Below, one piece after another: positions 1 through 12,100 of a stretch of DNA of 54,963 nucleotides. Source of the stretch: Phoronis australis. Taxonomy: Eukaryota > Animalia > Phoronida. Under the pieces are notes generated by a model. The model did no database searches and was not told the DNA's origin. It was given only the letters and a program-made list of their open reading frames with translations. Within the stretch, counting starts at the first letter, position 1; each line of letters begins with the position of its first letter. The DNA is taken from NCBI GenBank assembly GCA_002633005.1, contig NMRA01000443.1, positions 1 to 54,963 of the forward strand. The letters run 5' to 3'. The position numbers were made by a program, and so were the translations under genes.

Positions 1-249
1 ACAAGATATGACACTCAACTGGGTGATTTTTCTCAAACAATTTCTCTTCAAAGTGGTGCTTGAAAAAATCCCTACCACAGCAAACTTTTTCCCATGAATA
101 CAACGGGTTTGACTATGGAAGTTAAAAACACTGCAAATGGTACCTTTTTCCTACTGCAAAAGGGGTTTTAGTACGATACCTGTATTTTTAAAACCTTGGA
201 CACCAGACTCATTTTTGACAACAGGAATCTCCGAGCCGACTTCTTCAAG

Positions 250-446
250 CTTAATGGGTGAAAAAGACAGCTGTCCAAGAATTACTACGAAAGGATTCAG
301 TTGTTAGCATTAGCTCTTATAAAAAGATTGTGCATTTGAAACATTAGGCTACAATTTTATTGAAGTCCAAATCTCGGACCACAAACATAATGTTTTTTTA
401 GCCACTGTGTAAATGGGTGGATATTATTCCAGTACCAGATATGCAC
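250..446 (+). repeat. Dispersed repeat fragment; second copy at ~24617-24810
   Basis: cttaatgggtgaaaaagacagctgtccaagaat (250-282) vs cttagtgggttaaaaagacagttgtccaagaat (24617-24649), with weaker similarity continuing downstream. Confidence 0.7.
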
Positions 447-682
447 AAAACTAAAGGTTGGGGCCCATTTGGAACACCTCTCGGGTATTTTTGTACTACA
501 AATTTACCCTCAGAACATCTGGAGCATCTCGGCTATTTTCCTATTTATATGTACAAATTTTTCTTAGTATTTTCGTAGCCTCAAATATACTCTCGGAGAT
601 GAATGTTATCCAAAATATGCCAAGTCACTTGATTTTCAGTCTTGACAATAATAGGCTAACTGAAGTCTGCACACATGGAGAC

Positions 683-1145
683 CCCTGCGAAATGTACCTC
701 GGTTAACCATGGTTAGCCATGGTTGACCATGGCTGTACAACCATGGTTGACCATGGTTTTAACATTTCGCGTTAAGTTGAAACCATGGTGGACTATGGTT
801 GGCAACCATGGTTGACCATGCTTCACAACCATGGTTTTCAACCATGGATACTAACCATGGTTAACCGTGGCTAACAACCATGGTTGACCATGCTTCACAA
901 CCATGCTATGAGACAACTTAACGTGAAATGTTAAAACCATGGTTGACCATGGTAACCAACCATGGTGTAGAACCATGGTTGACCATGGTTACCAACCATG
1001 GTATAGAACCATGGTTGACCATGGTTACCAACCATGGTATAGAACCATGGTTGACCATGGTTAATGAGACAACTTAACGCAAAATGTTGAAACCATGGTT
1101 GACCATGGTTACCAACCATGGTGTAGAACCATGGTTGACCATGGT
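683..1145. repeat. Palindromic AACCATGGTT(G)-based array with a 39-bp higher-order unit and internal inverted symmetry (foldback-like element); runs into an assembly gap
   Basis: Dozens of CCATGG-centred palindromes. The 39-bp period shows as a 13-aa repeat in ORF 931-1176. Bases 751-778 (ccatggttttaacatttcgcgttaagtt) are the near-perfect reverse complement of the segments at ~915-942 and ~1071-1098. Confidence 0.9.
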
Positions 1146-1163
1146 NNNNNNNNNNNNNNNNNN
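1146..1163. other. Assembly gap (18 N)
   Basis: Run of n; single n also occur at 11953 and 31448. Confidence 0.99.
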
Positions 1164-1571
1164 CTAATACACCCACGGTGATCTGAATGGCTTAGGACCC
1201 TCAAGTTGTGCGGGGTCCCACCTCAAAAGGAAATGGGGAAGAAAAAATTAGTATGTCAACGAGGTGAGGGGTGTAGCTTGAGAATTTTGGCTACCTGGAG
1301 GGTCGAAAATTGTGTTGTTCTAGGAGGTGAAGACTGTGTAGGCTGCGAAGTGGTGGTGGAAATTGGGTGCCAGCAGTGTCTACTCTAACACTGTACAAAG
1401 ACGGATTGGGGGAAGGGGGAGGGGCGCGGCAAGGGGGCCTTGGCCCTGCCTAAAATTCTCCCAGATTACATTTGGCAGTTTGGGGGTGCAAATGTCTGAC
1501 GGGCAAAATACTCTGCCCTTGCCCCTGCCCCCCTCCCCCCTAACTCAAAATCCTGCTGTAAGATCTTACAG

Positions 1572-3499
1572 CAGGGGAGGATCCAGGATTTCGGGACGTT
1601 TTCAATTCATAAAAAGCGTTCAAAAATGAAAAAATGCCAAGTAAAAAGAGTGAAGCCATTGTTAATTCAGGTTTATTTTCCTAATAAGTAATCGATAATT
1701 ACAGGATTTTGCTTCAGTTATTTGGTAATATCACAATATTTAAACAGCTACCTCACCAGAGAGTTCCCCCGACCGCAAATGCGACCCAGTCGCAAAATAA
1801 CTTTTTACTCTAGGGACACCTAGCGACCTGATAACGTAATACCGGATGTCAGCATGCGCAGAGCAAACTTCCTGGTTAAAAATTGCCAGCTGACAGCCAA
1901 TGAAAACCATCGTTCTAGTGCGCTGTACCTGGGCCTTCACAAGCAATCCGTGACGTCAGCTTGTGAGGCCCGGGAACCAGGTTACCTGTGGGCAAGCCTC
2001 TAACTGCCCTCTTGTGTTCAAGTCTGTGTTTACCGGTCCAATACCGGCGAGCCGCTAAGGGAAAGTTCACTGGGTTAGTGTCGTGGGGACGGTACTGGGC
2101 CACGAATGGCCCAGAAACGTAAACCGGTATACGGTACAAGCGTTATCAAGCAACAGAAATCCAGTACTGGGCCAATACTCTCATGTTTACTGGGTCTCAG
2201 TGGTTTCCCTTATTCACTTTTCAGTTTTGGAAAACTGCTTAGAATTCATAACAAGAGCACGCAAAGCTCAGCCCACCGTCTGCTGTGAAATCGCAGTCGA
2301 CAGCTTTTGCACACGGCTGACGTCACGTGTCAAGTATTTTGTCCTCTTTATTGTGACCTCGGTGAATACAGAACCTGTACTGTGCAGCGTTAAACGTGGC
2401 GAACCACATAACATGCACGAGCAATAATCGAAATAAATGACGACCTGAAGGTCACACCGTTTACACTACAGTGACCTTCCTCTCAGTGCTGACAGCAATA
2501 CAACTCGCAGCGTTTGCAAAGTATTTCCTCACAGTAACGAAAACGAGTCACGCAGTTAAACCACGACACATACAGTTACATCATTCGACAACATCACCAT
2601 AAAATTTCGATCATTCATTATTTACTAAGATGTTATTTAACTGCTTTTGAGAAGCCTGTTTTGAATGAGCAGCAAACAGGATCGCACCGCACGTTACACT
2701 TGTTTGCGTGACTTTCCTGTTACCCCCGTTCATTAGTCATTCTTTGCAGTATTTCATTACTGCGTCATTTTATCTTCACTTGAGAATGAAACAAATATGT
2801 TTCGAAATATCGTGTGTCTTTTAACTATGTCGCTAGGTCAGTTACTGTATCTATGTTCATTTGAGAGTAGAGTTTTGTTCCGAAAGTACGAACGTAACGA
2901 AATAAAGACTGTGAACAATGAAAAGTGTCGTGCGCTTAGCAAATTCTGTATAGCAGATTATTTACCTTAACTTAAGACGATTTCCAAAGCAATCCCCCCT
3001 TATTGCCAACACGAAAAACGGATTTGGTCTTTTGGGCATTTGAAGACTATTTTAAATACAACAAATTTGTTAAGAACCGATTGCACAAAATATAAAACGT
3101 GTGATAATCATTACAAAAAGAAGTAGGTTTCGCGCGCAAACGCTGTGGACCATAAACAAGTAGGTCTCTTATTATGAGATTAGTAGTTAAGTCGTGGTGG
3201 TGTAGTGGTATAGCACGCGCGCTCTATCCGCCAGGTCGTGAGTTTGAGTCTCTGTTACGTGCAGTTTTTCCTGTTTGACACGTTCTCCTTTTTGCCTTTT
3301 TTCTTGGATAATACTTCAGGAATCAAAGAAAATTTTTAGAGGAAAATACAGAAAAATTTCCTGGGCGGGAGGGGAGCCCCCACCTCCCGACCTCCCCCCA
3401 TTCGGTGCTATGCGCATCTACAATTCTGGTTTGCGCAAATGCTTACAGCAGGACAAAATCTGTGTTGGCCCCCCTTGTGATATCCTAGATCCGCCAGAG
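1572..3499. mobile_element. Possible hAT-like non-autonomous element, or two separate ends
   Basis: caggggaggatccaggat at 1572 and atcctagatccgccagag ending 3499 form an imperfect inverted pair resembling CAGGGGCGGATCCAGGA-type MITE ends. No matching TSD. Confidence 0.4.
3191..3259 (+). mobile_element. tRNA-derived SINE head or pseudo-tRNA
   Basis: A-box-like tggtgtagtgg and degenerate B-box gagtttgagtc at tRNA-like spacing; cloverleaf imperfect. Confidence 0.55.
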
Positions 3500-4799
3500 T
3501 ATATTCATGCAACTATTGCACGTATGGGCGCTAATGGCAACTGCACAAATCAATCACTAGACTCCTTGCGTAATATAAGCTGGTCAACGACCTAGCAGAA
3601 ACGACCTAGCACAAACGATCTAGCTGCTCCTGTAGGCGGTGGGCCAGAATTTGTAGGACTTCTAGAAAATGGTTTTGTGAGTAATTTAGGGGGTAATTTT
3701 ATGTTGGTGTTTTTTAATTTATTTAATAGAGTGTTTTCAAAATCTAAAAAAGTTCCCACATATAAAGTTGCAAATTTTTGAAGAAATTTGAGTTTGAAGT
3801 TACATACTAATCACCCTATAGAGCTTAGAGAACTTATATTTGTATTTAGTTTTTGCTATCATTTTTGAAAAACAAGTAATATGGTCACATCGATGTCATT
3901 GTATTGAAAAATAATACACTCACATTACATGTTTTACTAATATAAACTAATTGTAGACAGTGACATTTAAAAATGTAAAGTGACACCTTGTGGCAGAAAT
4001 GCAAACTAAGTGTGAATGTTACTTGGAGGTTATTCTGGCATTGTCAGGCAACAAAAATAACACAAAACACTTGAGACTGGGAAAAATTTGTGCCTCAACG
4101 ACTGAACCATTGACTAAATGGAGTAAAATATAGCTTGTTTGCATAATAGACCGGAAATATGTATAGTACAAAAACAATATAGTTGAATGATCTCTTTGAA
4201 TGTGCACACAGACTGTATGAAAATAATAGATTATTCTGACAGCGTTTAGCAAGCAGTATGAGACAAATACATGACAATGACCAAAGTGTGTACTTTCTAT
4301 GACTTAATCAACAAATAAAATTCACTTTTAATACAAAAAAACGAAATAACGGAGTTAGAGGTCTATTTAGGATTGACTTTTCAAAGAACTATCCGATGTT
4401 ATGCAATCAGTGTTGCTGATGTTACTTCAGTTGTCACAGCTGCACATTTCTATACAGTTTAACCAAGCATTGTAGCACAAATGTTTTTTTTTGCACTTGC
4501 AGCGTTCATCGTTTAGTAAGTTGTCAATGGAACTGCGAGCATTTCACACATTTTAACTGTAAACCTCCATCTCCGAGGAGCCAAATGTGGTCGATTAGAG
4601 ATGGTACAGCACCGCGCACTGGGGATGGCCTGCATGCAATGGAGGGTCAAACACTAAGTCCTTGTTTAGAGGCATGCAGAATTTGGGCAAACGTTTGATT
4701 CAAAATATGTTATAATGGGCTGTGTTAATTAGGGTCAGCAAGTGAATTATTGAACACTAGCCTCATTTCACTTTCATATCTCTTAGTCGGGCACAAACT

Positions 4800-7500
4800 A
4801 CAACAGTGAGTAGCTTCAACAGTTGTTTCTTAAGATTGCCTGTCCAAATAACTTCATACACACCGGCTTTCTGAAAAACAGCTTCAAAGCCTTGCTTTAG
4901 TTTTGATTCAATGAACTCCAAACAAAACTGTAGAAAAACAACTCTGAAAAGTGTGGATTCGTCACTCTTAACAATCTTTGTCTTTATACTTTTATAGCAT
5001 GATGATCCAAGATATTTGTCTTTTAAGACACAAGGTGTTTATCTTTGAATTTCATTTGCATATTCAGGGCTCTGGACTGAGCTGTTGCTTGCGATACAAG
5101 TCCAACTGAAAAACCCGAACTGTGAACTCTAATTTAACATTTAACTATGAGTGAGATGGCATGCAATTTTTTCAAACGGACTTATCAGGAACAGATCCAA
5201 CACCAGCCTAACAAATATACATGTCGTCTGATCCGTCGCCTAAAATGTTGATCGTCTTAATAATTAGATTAGTTGATGCAACTGGAAATAAATCAGCTGA
5301 TATACCAGTGCAGTGATTGAAATTATTTTTTAAATCAGATGCTCCTATCATATTCAAGTAATTTACACTTTAGGCAACGTTTAACGAAGTGGGCAGTGGC
5401 TTCCACCGTCCTCAAATTACGGCGCGGACGTTGGCCACTTAGGTAATTTAATTACCATTGCAGTTACCTAAGTAATTAATGTTTTCAAAAAACTGAGGAG
5501 AGGTTCCCTCTATCACACGATTACGGCAGGGGATGACGACAACTTGGGCATGTTGATTGGAAAACCACAAGACGTACCTTTCAAAAACACGTACCTGTTT
5601 TTCAAAGCTACAAAGTTGTTACATCTTTCTATTTCTTGAAATGTGGTCCATAATATACTTTTCCTGCAAACAAATGATGTAATCTTGTTTCAGGATGTTC
5701 CTATCATGTTCAGGTTAATTGGGTGTTTCAGATTTTGAAAGTCTAATTGATTTTCTTGGGGAAATTTTGGGTAACATCTGTATCACTTTCAGCAGCTTCA
5801 GCTTTAGTACTACTGCTGGTGTCTTGAAACGTTGCTATGCCTTTCTATGTCCTTTCAAGTTTTGGTCTGACGCTTGATCTTCTACAGCAGTATACTATAT
5901 AGGCTGTAGCAGGACATGCAGCTGTTTTCTGTGAACACGTTTGTGACACCTCTTCTTCCTTTCGATCTACTGATCTACAGAGTTCCACAGTCCATCAGCT
6001 TTCGTCAGGATGCTTCTCTAAGCTTCTTCAGGTTCTGGCATCACAATTTGGTGCTGTTTGATAAACCTTGAATTATACAGGCATCACACTCCATGGGAGC
6101 TGACATATTGAAGTAACTAAGCACAACAATACAAGCTGGCTCTCTGATTGGTCAATTCCATAGAAAAGCGCCACCTAGTGGCAGGAATGTGCATAATATT
6201 TCGTGCAACAAAAACTCCTTTTTTAAAAAAAATGTGCAAGTGTAGACGTGGGAACTTTTTGGAATTTCATTTATAGGTATATTATCTAGCCACATAGAAA
6301 AAATTAGGTGCCCCCCCCCAAAGTACAAGGATGAAAGCTATGAGATCTGGCCCACCGACTACTGGCAATATTAGAAGCCAATACTGACCCTCTCTCAACT
6401 AGGGCAACCTTGTAAAAATACCTTTTAAACAGCTCGTGGGGAATCTTCTTGGAGATGTTATCGTGGGATTTATTCATATTGTAAGAATTCATAGAAAAAA
6501 TATTCCAATTCACTATTGTTGAAACACAAAATATAAACTCTCTATTCCAAACAAGATTTCATAGCTCTTAATAATACGTATGTGCCCATGCGCTCTTATC
6601 TTATTGATTTTTGCATTTGCAGGTGTAAAAATACAGGCAGGTAGTACCCAAACAGCAGGAGAGTCATATAGCACAATGGGGTGGGCTCTGAAGTCAGCAT
6701 AAAGGTCTAAAATTATGACTGAAAGCGTAAAGATGTTTTTGATTGATGAGTTCAACAGAGGCATGAAAACTGGCCAAAAAACGACCCAGTGAGGTGTTCT
6801 AAACACACGAGAACCGCAGGACACAAACATAGAACTGCTGAATATTTTGAGCAGTGTCCATGTAGATCGTAATCATCAGTGTTACTGTATTCTTGTGCAC
6901 CTTATGTATGGTGTATCTATTAATATGAAGTAATATTGCTAGTGAATTTGATTCCAAGATATTTTCTGTGAAAGTACTTCACACGTCAAGAGTGTCCCTT
7001 TAACTGTCGTTTCCAGGTTATCTGTATACATTAATATGCAGTACAAGCCAAACGTATTCAGACAAAATAACCCGGCATATCTTGCCATAACAGCTGGGGA
7101 AAAAGTAGAATTCGTGGTCAAAGTGGTCTTCCATGGTCACTGAAAATGAAGGGAAACAGGAAAGATAGCATGGTGGCTAAGACATTCTGTAATAGATATT
7201 ACCAGTCATTTTTGCATTAACAGGACTAGCCATCAAGCAGGGCAAAGATTTGTATTGTCTGATTACTTTTGCCTTGTTCTGTATCACTGTTTGCAAGCAT
7301 GCGTGTGTAGGCACATTATGCTGTCATACGGTCTTTTTGTCTGGCATCTGCTGCTGCATCTTCAACTCCTTGGTGAATGTAAAATTTTACAAATGGGATG
7401 ACACAAGAGAGTTTTGGGATGTATTTGACTACCACTGGGTCCCTAGTGGCAACTTTACTTCTTCATGTTTGTCTTTTTTTCTAAACAGTTCCTTGACTGA
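4800..7500. pseudogene. Heavily decayed coding relics, probably from DNA transposons
   Basis: Stop-riddled protein-like frames: minus strand IICLQEK...SRNRK (~5600-5690) and TDNLETTVKGTLLTCEVLSQKI (~6960-7025); plus strand MGWALKSA*RSKIMTESVKMFLIDEFNRGMKTGQK (~6675-6780). Family not securely recognised. Confidence 0.3.
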
Positions 7501-7660
7501 TTTTCATCAAATTTCGCAAATAAGTTTCAGTTATGGAGACAGCCACACTTTTCTATTTCCTGGCGTACCTATGTAATCTGTACAGAAATGTTGCCATTGA
7601 GATGAGCACGACTGACACTGACTGGTTGATTGGACGATCTCCTATGGTGCCCTTTAATGG

Positions 7661-7816
7661 CAATGATGTAGTGGTAAAATTAACGGTAAATAGGCGCCCA
7701 AAGCCCACCGTAGCACCTTGAGCACTGAACGTAACTTATGGTGTGTAGGCACTACGCTCAAATGCCAACAGGTGGTTGGTTGCGCCTACCTGTGCCTACG
7801 CCCCACTACAGCACCG
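7661..7816. mobile_element. hAT-type MITE (156 bp), same family as 39303-39450 in the opposite orientation
   Basis: TIRs caatgatgtagtg / cactacagcaccg; 8-bp TSD tttaatgg / cttaatgg (7/8 match); internal similarity to the 39303 copy. Confidence 0.85.
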
Positions 7817-9057
7817 CTTAATGGCAATTTATGTTTTCTTTACGTATGTCTCTGTATCTACCAAGTTTGTATTTTCGTGCAATATGGTATATTTGTTTCT
7901 GTTGCGGAAACGAGAACAAACTGCTATTTTCGGCTGGATTTGAAATATTCTGTGCCACTAAAGATTATTATTTCTGGCCGCAGCCTCTCTGTCCTTGAAA
8001 TTGCTTGGGGGATGGTTATGAAATTTTGCTTATGTGTTCCTATGGAGATGATCACGACTGACAGGCTTTCTGATGGGTGCAGTCAACGTTTTCCGTGGAC
8101 TGAATAGTTAGCCAAAAATTTAGGATTTCTCAAAGTTACACGCTTGGGCCCGCCCTAAAATATTGACTTGGCACTGCGTTTTATTTGAGTACAACTTGTT
8201 CAACAGAAGGTTCATTTTTACGACTCGGTAAACCGGTGCGCCATCTGATGAGAAGCAGAAAAATTACTACCCGGAAGATTTTCACCTTTACAGAATCAGT
8301 GCTCCCCGTGGGTCTTCAGTATGGTTAGCAATAACCATTCAACCAAGCATGATTTTTGGATGGCCTCGTGTCAATATACGTTCCTATTTTTTGGAACCAC
8401 TTCACAATACTAGACGTCAAGAAGACATTACAGGACCGACAATTGCCATCGTTTCGAGGCCGTAATTTCACCTTTAATTGTAGAGTTCTGAGCACCAGCC
8501 GCAACAATTTTAATGTAATTCAGATTTCTAACTTTGAAAAATCTTAATGATCTTGTTGACATCGTTTTTTGTTACTCATAAATCTTTAAAACTTCATTGG
8601 TTTGTTAATTGGAATGTGACAGTAATGGCGAACAGGACGACCGAAATCAGCAAAGTGTGTGAACTTAAAGAAATCAACAGAATCACTGTTTTTAATCAAA
8701 GACTATGCCGGATTCAGATGAGATATTTTCTAAATTGGTTGGTTACACTTTTCCCTTTCAAAACTTTTCTTGACGAAAGGCAAATCTCTTTTGCAGACGA
8801 CGCTAAACCAATGACCACGTTTCAGACACCTAGGGGTCGGATGCAGTTTCGAGTCGTACCGCTGTATACGAAATGTATTGAATGGTTTGAAAAATGATTC
8901 AAACTTCAATAACTCACTGTTGAAAAGTCGAGTTTTCTCCGAAGCATGGTTATATAATATACTTCGTTTCCGATAACACTCAAACACAAGAGGAATAAAG
9001 ATGGTAGATTAAGCGATTTTCGTGTCAAGCCATGTCGTTCCCATATTGCCTGACGTT

Positions 9058-9063
9058 TTTATT
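9058..9063 (-). promoter_or_regulatory. Candidate polyadenylation signal AATAAA for the CNBD2-like gene
   Basis: tttatt on the + strand, about 100 nt past the TAG stop at 9162-9164. Confidence 0.4.
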
Positions 9064-9161
9064 CAGTGACCCGAAGACTTGTTAACATAAGTGACTGAGA
9101 TCAGACGGTATACGTATCTTTTGTCTAAAGTAGCAAATACAGTAATCGAGTTTCCAAATTA

Positions 9162-12100
9162 CTAGGCCTGGAGTCCTTCTTCAATTCTAGTCTTGGCATC
9201 AATGAGATGCAGTTTTCGAAGCTTCGATTGATGAATGACGTCATTCACTGCTCGCACACGATAAGCGTTCCAGTTAACCTGTTTTGAAAGGCTTAGTTGC
9301 AGTTCCTCGTCAGACGGAAAAGGATGGACCTGTAATACGAATAATTTGATATTGTAAGCGAGATTAATAAAGCCTCCATGTGTTCATGTACACAATTGTA
9401 CAAATCAAGAAGTTCGTGTTCGCCAAGGCGCTCTTCTCAAAGGCTCCTAGCACGTGCTTAACCAGATTTAAAGCTGCTATAAACCGCCTGCCCTTGAAGA
9501 AACTAACTTTCGTTTAGACTACTTGCCATTATTGTCGGTCGTGCAAAAACTGACATTTTCGCTACTGTTCGAGATCACTGAGTACAATAACGTCACGACC
9601 AGACAACTTCCAGTCTCAAACTGTCAATTCTTTCCGTGCCTGTTAATTACACTTATTGTGACTAAGCGGCAATTTGAGACCAACTTTCGTGACGGATTTT
9701 CGGTGTCTAAATAAAAATATGACGGATGGCGGGCTTATAGTCACTTTAAACTGTTACATTTTGGCATTACATTTTTAAGGCAAGTTTATAACTCAAATTA
9801 TTAACAATCTTGGAAGTTAATATTAATTCATCATAAATCAAGAGGGCACACGATTAAAAATAATATTATTCGTGGTAAATGTCAGAGTAAGTTAGTATAT
9901 ATCAAATATTTTGTGTTTGTATAGGAAGTAGTTTGTTGCTTGTTAATTTGGTTTAAAAAAGGAAAATGAAGCAGACAAAAACGGCAATTGACATTGTTGG
10001 ACTGCCAAACACCTTTAATCCGTTTCTTTATAGCCGACTGTTGTACCGTGACGTTGTAGCTGCTATTCGAAGCCTTCCGGAGTGACTGGGTGGATGAAAA
10101 CACCCTAGTAGGAGCTCAGCTATGGTTCCCTCAATTTCAGCACATTTGTATTCTTTGTTTACTCACTAATGTTGTATTTTCCTCTCACTGTATCTGTTTT
10201 GTAAGCTCCTCTTTTAGTTATGACATTTCCTAATTGTACATCTGAAAACTGAGCCCTCTTTAAATGGAAATAAACAAGAACTAAGTCGTCGTATTAGGGG
10301 CTTCACACGAAAAGGTCACTGTAATATTAAGAATCCAACGTAGTTTACTCTCGATATATATCAAAACTAAATGTATACCTACATGTAGCTATGACGATGA
10401 AGTTGCTTAAGGTGCTAAAATTTGTAAGGAGCACAGTTGAGTCTCTACAGGCTTATTTCATGCAACCGGCCACCTAGGGGTTTTGTCCTGAATATGGAGG
10501 CAAATGCTTTGTTGAAATTCTTGATTAATGAAAAACTCCGTCGGTCTGTTTTATGCATAATATGCGTTTTTAGGTGGCTTGAGATCGAGTGGCTTAGCAA
10601 GGACTTTTGTACAACCAGTTTGTGATTTTTACAAGATCAACTACTCGACCTGGGTTCTCCGCTCGTATGTTGCAGTTCTGTGTACACGAATTTGAAGACG
10701 TCGTCATTGACTAGTCAATTGATCGTGGTATCTGCCGTGAACTTCTGTGAATGTAACTGCTTCGTGAAACTAGTGATGTTACGCCTTCTGACCACTTTTC
10801 CAGGCCAGGCGTGATCCTTCTCCGCAAATGCCCAATTCACAGTATACAAAAGGTGGCGTTATTAAATTTTTACGAACTCACCTCCTCTCTCATTCTCGCC
10901 ATCAAGGTATCGTTAATATGCTCCATGTAAAACTTTTTGTTTATCATCAAGCATTCAGCACCATTACTGACAAGACTAAAGCTTGGTTGTCTTCCATACA
11001 CCAGCTCCTCCATACCCTGCACAATAAAATGTGACGTCAGTGTCCTGTTATGAAAAACCCGTCGTTCCATGCTAGAACGGCTGTATTTCTCAGTCGTAAC
11101 ACATATACTTCCGGCCATTTAATGTGCTCTTGCATTGCATATTGCATTGTTTTGGTGCATAAGTGTGCCATTTTGGAAACTCGGCAATATTCCGACTGTA
11201 CATTTATTATTTCAATTATTGAAGCCAAATAAGTCCGCTGTGGTAGATTTGATTTCATGCTGTGGACCGTTGTTCTATATTGACTATTAGACTGAAGGGG
11301 GAGCTAGCGTAATTATCGCAAGAGACCAACATACGCAAACAGCGAGGGTTGATTCGCAGGCCCGGAACCCGACTAATGTTCGTACACGTCCCTGTGTTTC
11401 TATTCAGTTATCACCTAGATAAATACATTTTTCATCGTATTTTTTCTTTTGTTCTCACAAGTGTCAAATCATAACAAGTAAAACAAAACAAAACAAAACA
11501 AAACACAGCACATTTACATGTACACACGAAAATGTGCGGTTCTACAATACTTTTAACTCGGTGGTAGAAGAGACAACATTCAGCCGTGCAAAATCTGCAG
11601 CGTTGTAATATCGGACCTGACAATAAGAATACTTGTTATACAAAAACCGAATGGCATGTGAATAACAGAAATAAGACAACTTCATCAGAAAAGAAATTTA
11701 TTTATTTTTAAGGTAATAATCTGAATAGTTTGTAAGAGCTACTAAAACATGTAAATTGCTACAGGCCACAGAAGTTATACCAGGCGTGATTTCATTCTCG
11801 CGGGGAAACAGTTGCCCTATGCTTCTAATTACTTTTAAAATATTTCTTCGGAAATCACAATGGCTGGCAAGTATACCTCCTCTAGTGATGCTGTCGAAAC
11901 ATTACAGTGTTTTGGGTTGCATGCGCGCACCCAGGGGGGGGGGGGGGCGTCCNGGGGGCTCGAAGGAGCCCCCACCCCCATTTGGCGAAGTGGACAAAAA
12001 GGTCTGCCTCAGAGAAACAAAAAGTCCGACAAAACGAGACAAAAAGTCCACTAAACAGGCGCAAACGCACAATTCGCAGCTGTGGACGTGGTACCCTGTT

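Noticed and set aside
931-1176. ORF with a 13-aa repeat (HGQPWFYTMVGN)
   Set aside because: It is a translation of the palindromic satellite and crosses an N gap.
3191-3259. Functional tRNA gene (also 19762-19833)
   Set aside because: Stems are mismatched and the B-box is degenerate; treated as tRNA-derived repeats.
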